A DNA stretch of 64,000 bases, taken from assembly GCA_032718475.1 (NCBI GenBank), contig JAUCBJ010006179.1:1-64000 (forward strand), written 5' to 3'. The stretch's first letter is position 1. Every line of letters starts with the position of its first letter. The notes under the pieces were generated by a model. That model was given only the letters and a program-made list of their open reading frames with translations. It was not told the DNA's origin and searched no databases. The position numbers and the translations under genes are program-made. Positions 23,879 to 38,512 of this stretch are shown here, piece after piece. The stretch comes from Nemertoderma westbladi. Taxonomy: Eukaryota; Animalia; Xenacoelomorpha.

Positions 23879-24945
23879 ATATGTGGCTGGCCACGAAAAA
23901 AGGGACTTATGTCGCAAAACCTGATTCTGAGATAGTCGCGTTCAAAGGTTCCCTCTATTTTTGAATAAATTTAATTGGATTATCAATTTAGAAATTAGGG
24001 AAATTCAAATTGGTTCTGATATTCAAGATACCTAGGAAAGAACTTATTACAGGAAGCAATATAAGATGTTGCAGTGTTGTATATAACACTGTTTTAGTGT
24101 TTTCATGTCTGAATTTAGGACTTTAATAAATGGTACTTAATACGAGTAGGTAGGCCTACAGTTATTTTTTAAATGTAATATGGCTGTCATTCTGTTAATT
24201 TCTATTCGTTAGTTCTGAAATTTTGTAAGCACCTACTGCGATATTAAGTGACACTGAAGAATGAATCTCAGACTGTAATGTTCAATAGTCTACCGCTAGG
24301 GGCGATAATGTTCTAGAATGTAAATTGCTTGTCATTTTGGTAATTCCTGTCCGTTTGTTTTGAAATTTTGTAGACAACTACAATATAAAATGACACTGGA
24401 GAATGAATTCTAGCCTGTAATATTCAATAGTCTACCGCTAGGGGCGATAATGTTCTAGAATGTAAAATTTTTTTGAAAAAAAGTTTATTTTTTTTGAAAA
24501 AAAATTAATTTTTTTGAAAATATTTATTTTTTTGAAAAAAATTTTAAATTTACAAAAAAAAAATTTTTTTTGGTTAGGGGCCTACATGTTTTTTTGAAAA
24601 TTTTGCAAAAATTTTTTTTAAATAGTTCATTAACAATATTAAGGGTTTCAAAGTGTTAAAAGTTTGATAAAAAGCCGAATAACATTGACCTGCCTAACTA
24701 TATATAGCAAGAATTGCTATATGATATTATTAATCTTTTCAATTTTTTTTAAAAACAAAATAATTTTGAAAGGAGCTACCCGATTCACCTTCACATAAAT
24801 CGCTATAACTATTTTTTGGAAATAGATATTGAGACACCATTTTTTTTTGTTAAAATCTCTGTAAAATTCTGCATCTCATAGGCCTAATAACTCAAAATCG
24901 ACCTCCGGTAACATAAGGTCCCTTTTCTCGTGGCCAGCCACATAT
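23879..24945. mobile_element. Non-autonomous DNA transposon (MITE) with ~33-bp TIRs
   Basis: ATATGTGGCTGGCCACGAAAAAAGGGACTTATGT at left, ACATAAGGTCCCTTTTCTCGTGGCCAGCCACATAT at right; internal ~140-bp duplication; non-coding. Confidence 0.82.
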
Positions 24946-25464
24946 ACAAATTTACCAGCACCATATTGAATGCATTCCATCAGATAATACTGTATATGTC
25001 CCACTTTCGAATGCCAATAGCTCAGCTATTTCCCAACCAAATTGAAATGTTTGTACATATTTCGAATATTAGCACCGCCAGCTTTCCGTTGGACCAACAT
25101 ATCGATAAGGTTGAAGAACAACTGTGGTGCAACTGGTGCTATTTCGTCGGAGAAACCTTTTTTAAACGCTTGTAGCTAAAGAATAATAGCGGAAATAAAA
25201 ATTCTGGCTCACCCACTCGGGAGAAGGGAGGTGAAACTACCTCATTTCAAATTCTATACAATCTCATTAAGATTTGTAGAAAGATTTGTGGGGGGGGGGG
25301 GGGGGGGGTGTGTCCAGGTACATGAATTTCGACACTATGTATATTCCGGGGCATTGCAGTGGGACGTACATAAAAAAAAACAGTAGATTCCTATAGATAA
25401 AAATTAAATTATTATAGTTATTAGGAGTCCAAAACAACCTTGCGCTTTTATCCACTCGTTCTCT

Positions 25465-27634
25465 ATGATGGCATCGTATTGGACGTTTCGAAGGAAAGTA
25501 CGGAAAGGTGTTAGAGAAGATGTAGGAAGTATTACTGAGGATGATGATATGATAATATCTGATAATGAAAACAGTAAAAATGTGAATAATAATTGTGACT
25601 GTGAATTTCCAATTCAACCAGTAATTATTTGTGATGATGAAATTGATAACATTGACACTTCTAGTTGTAGCTGTGATTCATCAGAGTCCTCTTTCTGCCT
25701 CTCAGATGACTTCAATAATGGTGAACTTGGTGACACTGGGGTACCATAAATAACCGTTACCGGTAGTGACGAACCAAAAACAAGTCCTACCGGTAGCTTA
25801 AAATCATCCTTGGCTTTGTGGGCTATAAAACATAATGTCACTCATACGGCGGCGAACGATTTGTTGGCAATCTTAAATGACAACCAGATTGGAGATCTAC
25901 CTAAGGATACTAGAACGTTGTTAAAGACGCCCAGGATTTCCAATGCCATATCTATTTTTGCAGATGAGGCTTTACCTTCTGGTCATGATGTGAATGCGAG
26001 CAATTTTCTCTATCGTGGTATCTCGAAATTCCTTGATAAATTTCTAAGTGAAGTCCTATCACTACATCCTACAATACATAATTCAACGGACCTTATTGAA
26101 TTAAAGACTAACATAGATGGTCTTCCGTTATTCGATAACTCAAAAGTGCAGTTTTGGCCAATTTTAGGAATTTTGAGTATATTAGAAATTGTTTCAAAAC
26201 CATTTGTAATTGCAATTTATTGTGGGGATGGTAAGCCGGGATCATTAGATAAATATCTCAATGATTTTGTTTCTGAAGCAAATGCTTTAAGCCTCAATGG
26301 TATTTATAACAACGATAAATTGTGGAAATTTCGGGTGCAATTAATTATTTGCGATTATCCAGCCAAAACGTATATTGCAAATAAAAGGCCATAATGGTTA
26401 TGCTGGGTGCGATAAATGCACATGTACTGGAACATGGTACAACAATCGAATGATATTTGCACAATGTGATAGTGAGCATAGAACTGAAGACTCTTTCCGT
26501 ACCAAAAAAGATGCAGCTCATCACATTTGCAGTACAGGTACACCACTCTTAGGTTTAAAACATTTCGACATTGTGAAGCAAACTCCGATTGATGGGATGC
26601 ATCTTCTTTATTTAGGTTATATGCGTAAATTATTGCTTGGATGGTTAAAGGGCCCACTGTACATCCGTCTGCAATCTAGAGATACACAAGCAATTTCTTC
26701 TGGTATACAGTATCAGTTGGGTTTAGTGCCATTAGAGTTCTCTAGGAGACCGAGGTCCATTGACCTTTTGGAACGTTGGAAAGCTACTGAATTCCGTCAA
26801 TTTTTACTTTTCATCGGGCCTGTTGTCTTGAGAAATGTCCTTACAAATGATAGGTATTGCCATTTTTTACTTTTACACTTATCAGCGCGTATTTTATCAT
26901 CTCAGCATCCATTTATTACCACAGAACAGGTAAAATATGCTGATAGCTTGATACAGGAGTACTTCCGGCTGGTTTCGGTAATATATTCCAAAGATATGTT
27001 AATCTATAACACCCATGGTCTTACTCACTTATCAGATGATGTCCTAAGATATGGCTCTTTGGAAAAATTCAGTTCATTCCCATTCGAATCTTATTTGGGG
27101 ATTCTGAAAAGGAGAATACGTTCATTCCGCAGTCCTCTGGCATAAGCTGAGAAACGTTTATTTGAAATTGATAGTGCCACCGGAACCACCACCATTTATA
27201 AACATATGAAAGAACTTCCGACACTTAAGCGCAGAATTAATATTATTATCGAAGATAGACATTCTTTTGCATCATATCGTGACCTCGAGTGTGAATTGTA
27301 TAAAATAAGTTTGAAAAAAGGTGAGAATATAGTTATGTGCAAAGAAACTAAGTCTATATTTATAATTTCGGAGATATTGAAACACTGCGAAGACGATAAA
27401 ATACAACTGAGAGTTTCCGAAGTACCACGGAAATACATAACTGACTTTTATACATATCCATGCCCATCCTCGAATTTTGATATCCTTTTAATTAAGTATA
27501 ACGTAATGGGTGACATACAGTATCCTACGAAGTTAGTAATGTTCACTTCTATTCGCTTCACTAAAATGTGTTGTCTTTACTATAACAATCACGAGACCTT
27601 TGTGTTGTTACCGCTCCTTCATACTGCTAAATAG
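25465..27634 (+). pseudogene. EnSpm/CACTA(CMC)-like DDE transposase, disrupted
   Basis: LPKDTRTLL, NIDGLPLF..QFWPIL, ICDYPAK, KGHNGYAGCDKC, DGMHLLYLG, WKATEFRQFLL, YNTHGLTHL, SSFPFES; stops at 25747 and 27143, frameshift at ~26380. Confidence 0.85.
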
Positions 27635-27729
27635 ACTAAATAAATTTAATTAATATAATCAGAATATTGAATATCTTGACTCTATTTTATAATTTGACTT
27701 TCCCATTGTACTATAATAAATTAATAGCA

Positions 27730-30700
27730 ATGCGGCGTCAAGAGTCCCCCTCTAGCAGTGTTTTCAACAAGCGATATGTTGTTGTTGAATTTCCTGTGCA
27801 AAAAGAGGTGGAATGGGGTCTTAGCTCTTGGATCCAGCATTTGGATGAGTCATCGAGAACGGGGTCGATTTATTGGCCACATAATGTCAACAAATTTCGT
27901 ACGAAGAAGGAGCCAGTTCATGCAAATGAGTTTTCGAAATGGACCATTTATTCCATTAAAGTTTTGGATTTTACAAGTAAGTTGCGTTTGGTTACATACA
28001 TGGTTATTTATTACTAATTTTGTACAGCCCAACTTCGTCCGTTATTATCTGTTACCACCTCAAAGTCCCTTAGTGGTTAAATCCGTTGCCTTGAATTCTC
28101 TCCTGGGGTCAATGGTTCGATCCCCGCATGGGGGACAGGGCAGATTTCGTTTCGGCACGAATGCTTCAAAGGGACTAGCCACGGCGCATCTCTGCCTTGC
28201 ATCCTTAAATTGTACCGCAGCTAAATGAGTTCCTGAGTTTCCTTCGGGCAGAATATATCTGGGGGACCCCACTGGAAATAAAGCAACCCCCCCCCCCCCC
28301 CCCCCCCATCTATATCCGGTAATTGAAAGTAATTTCACACATCACAAGATTCTGCACCTTTCTGCAAATATTGTATTTCACTATATACTGTACTATACGA
28401 TATTCTACGACTATCTGGCAATGGTGGAAGGAGAAACGGCGCCATACAATAATGAGGTTAATGATAGGGGTTTAAGAGTTGTGACAGCGTTACAGCGCAG
28501 TTGCGTAACCAAGGGGGTGGATGCTACTGTTATAGTTTTATTGTTCCACCCACGCGAAATTTGGGAACTTACTCTTGTTTTAAACCGTAACCCTCTGGTA
28601 TGTTTTTCATTTTTATTCCTCTTAAAATATACCTCTACTATCTTCCACTATTACCATACGAATAATTAGTAATATATATTTTAAGAAATTACAATTACAC
28701 CTAAAATCGCAAAAAACGTTTCAGCAAAGAAATGCCCCCTCCCCCGTTCTAAAAAATATTGAATTACAGACCACTGTTAGATATTTATTTCTAGGTTTCT
28801 TTATATTTATACTTTTATTTTATGATCTTAGCCTTCTTCGATCTTTCGACATTTGGAACCACTACCATCAACAACAACCACACTTGTCACTCAACCTGAA
28901 CTTCCCCATACAGTTGAGCCAATACTTGCCGGTGCCGCGACATCTGTAAGTACGGGTGTGGCGGTGTAATCTGTGCTGTAATATAATGTTATATAATTAT
29001 TAATCCATAGGCTAATATAGTTAGCATAATAGCGGAATTACGGAACACTTGCTGTGAGTAATAATTATCCAAGCCCAACAACTATAATACACCATACCAA
29101 TAGCCTTATGTCTACAGTATAATCTGTTATTAATTAGGTATTTTGTTTATTTCTGTCCGCGCAAGTAAGTGTTTTTAATTCGACCCTATGAAATGTGTGA
29201 TAAGTACCATTATCGCGAGCTGCTCGATGACATCTAAGTTATGCCGATGTTTTAAGTATCAACTGAGTGTTGGAGGTACTGTATCACCGAACTAAACTCT
29301 AATTAGCCTACATTGAAACCTAATCTAAATTTAACATATTTTATTTAATTTTAGAATTTGGAATCAACATTCAACTTTCAACAAAGCAATCTTACCACTC
29401 TTACCACATGTGATCCTTTATCATTACCGGTGCCTGTTGATAGCCATAATTATAACTCGGTATGTACTGATAGCAACTACTGTATCTTCATATTTTTTAG
29501 TTTTTCATTTCATATAGAGCAGATTTTTGTGAGGATTCCAAATCTGAGAACTGATTAGCAATATATCTATATTCAATATTATTATTATTATACAGCGCAT
29601 TACATTACCTTACCCGCTGATGGACAACTTTTAAAATCGAGCATTACTATTTATTACTACAGTATTACTATTTATTATTCGAAATTACACTAACGGTAAG
29701 GGCCCATTTATACTCAGCCGTACGACAACGTCGTGCGGCATCCGTGAGGTCAACGTACGGCCTCATCCATGGCCGTAAGGCGTCATGCATTCAATGATTC
29801 CAATACATTTAAATTTGTATCAAATATGTTGAAGAACAAGTTTTGTTAGGCCTGTAGAATAGTTATAAAAATCCTAGCTAGTATAGTAAAACAACAATTT
29901 AGTAAATTGCGGGGGGGGGGGGGGGGTTGCGGAAATGTTACTACTTTATTTCACTCCTTATGTACCGTATTAGTATGTAATATATTTGATTTTCATACTG
30001 TAGCTTTAAGTAATACTATGATAAATCTTGTAGTAGTGCTTTTTATCAAATTTTTAAATGTTAAAAAATTTAAAATGTGAACCAGATTTTATTTACTCGA
30101 AGTGCTTAGTTTTTGCTGTACATTAGTGTTTAAACGGGATTCCGGCAAAAAATGTAACCCCGGTTCCGATCCCGACTTTTTTGGAAAGGGATCCCGAAGT
30201 ATAAATAGTGAAGTAAAATTGTTGAATACCGGAAAAACCGGGAAATTTTTTTGTCAAAATCGCTCGCCTCCCTGCGTATGCGTAAGTTATGTTTCTCAAT
30301 CATTTATTAATTTAATATTATTGCAGATAACTGACAATGTTACAACTGCTAATATTACTCAAATCGCTCCGCCAAAACGATCATCCTCGACATCATTGAT
30401 TCTCGCAAAATTAAATGAGATAATACTGAAGCAAAAGGAGCACGACGTCATCTTAAAGAGGCTCCTAGAGGTGAAGGAAAATGTGTCCTCTCCAATCCCC
30501 GATGGCGATGATATTGATTTAAAGTTGCCACTAAAGTCTATCGACGACTTTCCTCAGATTGAGGAAATTTTGAAGGAGGGCAGCAGTAGGGACGTCCTAA
30601 AGCGTCGAGTTCGTGGGGTTGGTGACTCCTCCATGGGAGACAATACACGCGCCGCTATGCGGATGTTAATGACGGATGAGGTGGCGCAGAATGTTAATTG

Positions 30701-30878
30701 GCGTGGAAAAGGCGGGAAGGTTCCTTTCGGGGAAAAGTTACTATGTAATGTAATGACCGAAGGTCTAAGTAATTCCTCGCTATTTAAGGACGAAGTTGGA
30801 GCAAACCAAACAATTCATAAAATTATGAAAGTGTGGTTGAAACACGCCAAAGAACGATGTATAAAATCTCACCAATAA
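27730..30878 (+). CDS. Multi-exon accessory gene of the EnSpm-like element (DUF4806-like C-terminus); internal exons uncertain
   Basis: First exon 27730-27976 (YVVVEF..SSWI..YWP, donor GTAAGT); last exon from 30327 after TTGCAG (LPLKSIDDF, MRMLMTDEVAQNVNWRG, WLKHAKER). Confidence 0.6.
28050..28285 (+). mobile_element. tRNA-derived SINE
   Basis: A-box-like TAGTGGTTAA and B-box GGTTCGATCCC; core CCTTGCATCCTTAAA...GGCAGAATA shared with 48410-48530. Confidence 0.65.
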
Positions 30879-32675
30879 AAACTAACAATAATAACTCTAG
30901 TACTACAGTATGTATTACCAATATTGAATCAAAATTACGTATATATTGTATGTGAAGTATTAGGGCATTATTGAATAGGTCGGTAAAGTTGGAAGGTACA
31001 TTGAAATTAGGATTCCTTGAAAAGAAATCTTTAAGTTTGCGTTGCGAAAAATGCGAAAACTTTTTTTTAAACAATATTTTCTTAAGATGCAAAAAAACGT
31101 TTTAGAAACAATTTTTTAATTATCGTTTGTGACTGTGAGATAGCGCGACGGGGGTCTACGATTTCGTGATGATTTGTGAAAAAGGGGGAGGGGGGGGGGG
31201 GTCTAAATTGTAAAAAAAAGGGTGTGACGTAATTTAATAATCTGAAAAAATATTCTCTATTCTGCCTCCATCTTAACCTCAACGGTCTGTCGAACAAGTT
31301 TTCTTTCAAATGTCAAGCAATACGCTAAAGATTTCAAGAAAAATGCGGAGGGGGGGGGGGGGGCTTCACGTATCACCAGAAAATGACACTATATTACGGA
31401 ATTACGGGTCATAGTGTTAAATGAATAGTAATAATGTTAACATATTTTTACTAACCTCGTTTTATTGCGCGCAGTTAAATGAGGAAGCATTTTCAATTCC
31501 CTCATTTCTGAAGGCATTTAATTTAAATAATCCTTGTAAAGTTTAGAACCTAATTTCATGCAAATATAGAAGGAAAAATCAAACATTGTTTTTCAAAAAT
31601 GATGACAATGGAGACTTTAATTACCAATCGCTTGGTCTTAAAATTAAGCACTAAAGAATAAATAAAATTTTATGTTAATGACTATTTATATCACGTTGAT
31701 AAAAGGATAAAACGATTATAGGAAAACAGTAAAGTAAACGAGTAGACCTACTGTTTTCCTATAAAGTAATTTTATCAGTGTGTATAATTTTGTTCAAAAA
31801 TTGAAATATTTCTCTCCGACTTCCCGATGAGGCGTTGTTTAATACAACGTACCGTTAGCGGTACCGTACAGTGTTTATCGCCAACTGCTGTTTGATATGC
31901 TGATTGCAAGGCCTACTCCTAGAGTACTATGGTGCGCCATAGAATTTGACCCCATAAGTTTGGTTTACGTATAGGTGAGCGTACAAAAAACTGACAGAAG
32001 GATTGAAATGTTTCAATTTTTATATAATATGTTAAAAATGAATACTTGAAGAAAGTCTAAGAAGGCTCGGTGAAGAGGGTTATGATTGGATGTGGATAGG
32101 CTGTTTTCAATAATGCTCAGTTTATACAGTAGTTAGTTATATATAACGTTACGTATACATTGATGTGCATAGTTACTGTAGAAGTATAACTGGTGGGTGC
32201 TTAAAAATGTGTAATAAATTTATGTTAAAATCGAAAATGTTTAATCAATGACTTTAATAAAATCTAAAATACTGACTGAAATTAATTAATTAGTCATATT
32301 GTGCCAATTAGACTATTTAAACAGTCCAGCAAGTAAAGAAAAATTACCAAAATTAATATAAATGACCTTATGATAAGTGAGCGTGATCAGTGAGTTGTAG
32401 AATTCGCCTAACAAAGGGTGGCTTTTGCTAGAAGCCCAGCTACTGTAGAACGTGCCAATATGCACTGCGGCTATCCCAGATAAAACCTCATTTAATAATA
32501 AAAGGACAGCCGATGATATAACAAAAAGTCATTACTAATCCATCTGAGTAAATTACGTATATATTGCTTGTGGCATGTGGTGTGAGCTTATTATACAAGG
32601 CCGTGTTGTTTTCTAAGTTGTTGTCTTAAGGGTCAAATTATATATATAATTATTATTATAGGTTCATGACGAATA

Positions 32676-32926
32676 AAGACCAAAAAAAGACGTCAGTTAA
32701 TATTGAAAATGTACGTCTTTAATGGGTCAGGAAGACGTCATAATTGGTCTTTTCATGTCATTAAATGTCGTCATTTGCCGTCTTTAATATGACGTCTCTG
32801 AAAGACGTCTTTTTGACGGACTTAGGACGAGCAAAATGACGTCAATTAGGACGTCTTTTCCAAGGACGTCATTGACCAAAAAAGACGTCATTACGACGTC
32901 TTTTTGACGTCCGTGTGCTTATAGGG
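32676..32926. repeat. Transposon right end with clustered GACGTC subterminal palindromes, ending GTGTGCTTATAGGG
   Basis: About ten GACGTC motifs within ~250 bp next to a GGG terminus; probably the 3' end of the EnSpm-like element (matching left end not found). Confidence 0.6.
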
Positions 32927-33895
32927 TATAGCTAATGTTTTTTATTGTTGGTAGCAGTTTTAGTTGTGTTGAAAATGAATTTAGCTAAATTTAAATTTCA
33001 AAAATATTCCAGAATAAGCAAAAACTGTATATAAAATATTTTTATTTTTGAGTAAAATTTTTGAATAGCTAGTATTTTGATAAATAGAAGCTAGAATAAA
33101 AAATATTATAGAATGTTGACTATGTTCTACAGTACAGGCCACCAGAAAAAGCAGATTTCATCCAATGTGATCACATGTGAACACATTTGTTCTTGTCATC
33201 TGATTGGCAGGTTATGGCGAGTTATCTTCTAGATCACACAGCAGGAGGCTAACTTGCTGGGACCGACAAAGGATTTGTGTGCGGTGCGCCTGTATGTCTG
33301 ATCAGGTAGATGAGAGAGCCCCCAGGGCGTAATATTGCGGACATGGGCTGTATCGGTAGAGAGAGAACTACATACAAGACCACATGGAGGTTCATGGAGT
33401 GTATGGGAGTGGATGGGTGGGTATATGGATGGAGGAGCCTAGACCATTGAATAATTAATTTAGGGCAGGGAGATGTCGCGCCATTAGTCTGACACCGAGA
33501 GGGCACAGAGAAACACCAGAAGATGCCTTAACAGCACTAACTATAGGCCTGCCTACTAGACACTATAACCGCACACTACTGTATAAAGGTAAACAATATC
33601 CTTATCGCATTTCCAGCTGCAGTGAGTGACAGTTCGCGGCAAACAACAGAGAGTTTCCAGATTACTGAGCGTTTCAAAAGTATTCAATTGTATCCTTTGG
33701 CGAAAAAATGTTGGTTGTTGCCAATTCAATTATGTTCAATTGTCCCGTTCAACAACATTACACTGCTACACATTTGATCAAATGTGTTCACAATTGTACA
33801 AATCTGCGTTTTCTGGTGGCCTGTACTGTAGCAAATAAAATATAAAAGTCAAAGAAGCTTTAGCTCGTGGAAAACAATTGAATGGGGGTTTCGAC

Positions 33896-35442
33896 GGTAC
33901 TACTCTGTTATGGGTACCCACTTTTTAAACAAATTGTTTCATATGAAAATGGCTTTTATTATGAGGTTTTTTGTTCTAGAACAAATATTTAACTTTCTGC
34001 CAGTACGATGGTAGCTAGTAATTTTGATTTTGTATTAGCTAGTATTTTTTATTAGCTAGTTAAAAAAAATTTAATTGAAAAATTGAAAAAAAATTTACCA
34101 CGTTTTTTCTTGTAAAAATTTATTTTATTATGAGGTTTTTTTTATCTAGAACAAATATTTGACCTTCTGACAGTAAGATGGTAGCTAGTACTTTTGATTT
34201 TGTGTTAGCTAGTACTATTTATTAGCTAGTAATGTAAGATATACTGGTAATTTAATTCTCAATTATATATTTGCATGGAATAATTTATGAGTCATGGTGT
34301 AGCTAGTAATTTTTATTTGATAGTCAAAGTAGCTAGTAATTATTCACTAGCTAGTTTTTTATATTTTATACAAAATATAGTTTTTACTTATTTTACTTAT
34401 TTAGGCATATTTTAATTATTACTAGATTTATTTATCTTTTTATTAACTTGGGAGGTAAAATTATAATTCAAAATAATGCACATTTTTTTATATAATTATA
34501 TGCAATTAAATTTTATTATTATATTACATTGACCAAATCCATAAAACCAAAATTAAATATAAAACTGCACCAGCATCCCACCACCAATCAGAACAAAACA
34601 ATTAAGACAATAAAATTTAACATACAATTAAAAATGGTGCACCGTGAATTATTAATGGTCTGCGAGGTCATTCCCCCGCAGACCCGCACCATCCCCAAAG
34701 CCCAGCAGCGCCCTCCAGGGACGCCGGCCACCACGCAAACAGAGGGAGTTGGAGCGGAGGAGCGCGAACTGAAGCCGCCTCCGAACTCCCCCGAGAACGC
34801 AGGCTAGGCCACGATCCCGCATCCCCTGCCGCCGAGCCACAAGGGTCTCAGCGAGGTGGCTGATGAAGGTATCTGTTTTATCTTAATTTATCTTTTTATT
34901 AGTCACTTCGAGAATATATTGATGATATGGAAATTGTCTAAATAAAAGGGGCACTACAAAATTTATTTTGTAATTTTAAGATCACTAGCTACCTTTAAAA
35001 ACACTACCGGTAGCTACCATAATAAAAAATAATAGCTAACCTCTCTCAGAAGGTGAAATAATTTATGTTCTAGAACAAAAAACCATCTTGATAATATCCA
35101 TTAACATGGTCCAAAATATTATTTTGTAATTTTAAGATCACTAGCTACCTTAATAAAAAATAATAGGTAACCTCTCTCAGAAGGTGAAATTTATGTTCTA
35201 GAACGAAAAACATCATGATAATATGCAATAACATGGTAAAAAAATTGATCAAAAATTAGGTACCAAAAATTTGGTTTTGTAAGTAGCTACCTAAAAGAAA
35301 TCACTAGCTACCATAAAAAAACAATAGCTAACGTCTAACAGAAGATGACATTAATGTTCTAAAACAAAAAACCTCAAGATAATAGCCATTAACATGGTCA
35401 AATAAACGGTCAAAAAGTGGGTACCCATAACATAGTAGTACC
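33896..35442. mobile_element. Non-autonomous DNA transposon with 9-bp TSD (Merlin-like or MULE-like)
   Basis: TIRs GGTACTACTCTGTTATGGGTACCCACTTTTT / AAAAAGTGGGTACCCATAACATAGTAGTACC; GGTTTCGAC on both sides (33887-33895, 35443-35451); long inverted arms built from ~125-bp units. Confidence 0.85.
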
Positions 35443-35451
35443 GGTTTCGAC

Positions 35452-36720
35452 ATGACGAACTACAGTAGTACCCTATTTACGTTTCAAAAGACGAAATATT
35501 TCTCATAATAGGACAATCGAAGGTGAAACATCCCAACATCATGTACTGTTGTTTAATCGGCGCTATATGATGGATGAGTCGTGTCTGTTTTGCCGAAAAA
35601 CATCTGGAACACTAATCACTGGAGGACCTATTCGCATGAAGAACATCATAGCTTGTAGTGCAGCCCGTGAAATTGATAACCACAATGAGATTCTTCAGTG
35701 AAAACGATTCGGAACTGAATGTTATTTTTCACAAACAGCGCATTTCTGCATATACTTCGAAACAACATATAGAGCGTGAGTTAAAAAGACGACACATTTC
35801 CAACTCACAGAAATTACCAGAATCACACCTGTGAAACAATTGAGTTCTGATGTGCTAATAAAAAATATGAGTGCGATTGTGTCATATGTGGTAAAGTTTG
35901 TCTAACGAAAGATGATAGTCATCCTAATCGCATCCTAATCATCCTAATTTGGGTGTTACCCCACCACATATGCAATATATTTGCCTTGAGTGTGGATAAC
36001 ATGTTTGATTCTGGGTTAGTGGAAGATGATGAAGAACGTGAAGGTGATTTAAAACGACATAAAGAGGAAGGCACTAAGCAGCAGGATCTTGATGCCGGTG
36101 ATAGAATCAGTATACTTCGAACATTAAAAAAGTGCAGGGATCCATTTGGCTTTAATGACACTAATAAGTTGATCATATTGTGAACGGTCGTATAGCTCCA
36201 CCAGAAGTCAATGTCGATAATGCCGTAGAGTTGGAGTCGGCAAGGGCATTCAAATCAACTCTCCCAAATGGTTTCTACCAGAGAATAACACGCTCAGTTT
36301 TAACTATGGATTTGAAACCCTCACGTGGCAAACGTGGTTGCAAGACCTATGATATGGAGAGATTATAGGCAAATAGGCCTCTCATTCATTATACACCTCT
36401 ATGGTGGTGGCATATCCGATACTCTGAAGGAACTTCGACATAGGCTATTCACTACAAAGAAGCAACACCCTAAAGTATTCAACCTTGCCCCACACAGCGT
36501 GCCACTGTACAACATATAAAACGTGCTCGTTTGCAAGATCAGTTTGCAGTTCTTTTGAGGAGAGCTGCTGATGATCCTGCACCTCCACTGTTGGCTGTTA
36601 ACCATAGAAATCTTATTCAGAATAATTAACAAGAGCTGTGGCAATAGGTGCAAGGTCGCAGATATCTCAAAATAAAACCTTGTATGCCGGTTGCTATGGA
36701 AAGTTAGGTTAAGTGCTTTA
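35452..36720 (+). pseudogene. Highly degenerate large DNA-transposon coding remnant (possibly Academ-like)
   Basis: Broken frames with VNVDNAVEL, LKELRHRLF, LAPHSVPL..HIKRARLQ, resembling the LPPT..L..H..RA..Q tail of large animal transposases; many stops. Confidence 0.35.
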
Positions 36721-36851
36721 TAAAAAATTCCCCAAAGGTGCCGAAGTGGCACCCGGCGGATGTTGATTACTCTATGGTCCAACTAAAGTTTAAGCAAATA
36801 AAAATGCGTAATGACCCAAAGTCGCGGTGGAACCCTCTGTCTTCCTGACTA

Positions 36852-37140
36852 TTAGTATAAGTCATAACTCTGTGTGGTATTTAAAGCGCAGCATCTAGAG
36901 GAACTGCTGGTATTTCCCTGAAAATAAACATAGATTTTGGAGATTATATAGTAGAGATCAATCGAATAATACAAAGTAGCCTACCCCTCTCTCTGCCATA
37001 GAATTCAGTCTCCCACATACGGTGGGTCATACGCCACCCTAGACTGACTTCGGCTGTGGTCATATTTTGTATGGGCTGTCAGACATCATAAGACACATCA
37101 ATTAGCAGGTTAAACTGTTAAAGGTCTAAAAGCGCGAACA
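36852..37140 (+). repeat. 3' fragment of a diverged BEL-family LTR
   Basis: AAGTCATAACTCTG...GCAGGTTAAACTGTTAAAGGTCTAAAAGCGCGAACA matches the LTR 3' ends. Confidence 0.85.
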
Positions 37141-37358
37141 GAAAGGGAAGGTTTGTTTGACTAAATATAATATAGGATATAATGTGGGTTTACGTCTACT
37201 ATATACAGTACATATACGTAATTAAGTGAGTGTAACAGTATATGAATTGATATTTACAGGGGAAGAAAGGACATGGAAGATCGAATAAACATGGAAAGGG
37301 AAAGAAAATGCCGAAAGATAAAGTTCTTACAGACAAAATGTTCTTCAAAAAGCTTTAA
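37141..37358 (+). pseudogene. Protamine-like gene copy 2: end of exon 1, intron, exon 2 (37260-37358); 5' part replaced by LTR
   Basis: Closely similar to 46839-47195; exon 2 encodes GKKGHGRSNKHGKGKKMPKDKVLTDKMFFKKL*. Confidence 0.8.
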
Positions 37359-38512
37359 TATCAAACAGTTTATGATACCAGCCAACTGTGGCAGTAATTT
37401 AGACGATTTAAAATAAACAGATTAATTAATAAATTGTGCAGCAATATTATTTGAAACCCTATATTTTTTAAATTACCTATATAAAATCGATAGCTATATG
37501 TGATGGGAAATATAACGCTGAGTTTCCATTACATAAGGTTTACTGACTAATTAATATATATATCAATATCAGAACTTATAAAAGATAGTAACAAACTGCA
37601 TACTGCAGTACTATACTGCCAGACTACTACAGTAGTAAATGCTGATGCTGTACTAAATTTAAAAGTAGGCTGTATGCCTTATAAGAGTAAACTACCTAAA
37701 CCCTCACGGTAGGTCACACAGTATATATAACAACCACAAGGGACCCAATATGAAAAGGTCCTACAAACTGTCTTTTCTTGACAAAGTTTCAAAAAAAGTT
37801 ATTGGAAATCCCACTCATTGGATATAAACAAGCCCAGGAGTCTGCTTAAATTTAACCCAATAACAGTTTACCGAATTTATCGAGTTTAATCTAACTAACT
37901 GGCTTCGTGAACACATCTGCGATCATATCTTCAATGGAAAGATACTTAATAACAACAGTCCCATTCTCAATCACATCACGAACACAATGGTAATGATTAT
38001 CAATATATTTGTCTTCTGACATACTCCTGGGTGCTTGCTTATAGCTATCGCGGATTGGTTATCCTCAAAAATAGTAACCCAAGTCCAAGTCATAACCCAA
38101 CTCATTGAGCAACAATCGAAATGACGCTGCTTCTTGACACACGACACTAAGAGCAACATATTCTGCTTTGGCTGTGGATAATGCTACACATGTCTGCTTC
38201 TTCGATCCCCATGAGATAACAACTCTGCCTCTCATCAACTTAAAACAAAATCCAGATGTGGATTTCCAGTCCACTGTACAGCCCTCCCAGGGAGAATTTC
38301 CACCAAAAAAAAAGGTGAAAAGGTAAACATGGGTCATAAAAAAAGGTAAAAAAAAGGTGGTTAAAAATCAAACCTATACCCAGCATCCATATCCAAACCG
38401 TATCCAGAAAACAAATATTACATTTTGAGATAGATGTTATATATCATATTAACAAATCCAATATAATCTTCCATTATGTTAACATATCAGTTTATTAGGG
38501 CACCTAACTAAA

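Noticed and set aside
28050-28135. tRNA gene
   Set aside because: A and B boxes are present but there is no cloverleaf, and a SINE-type body follows.
25290-31365. Several poly-G/poly-C runs
   Set aside because: Simple homopolymers of uncertain length with no further organisation.
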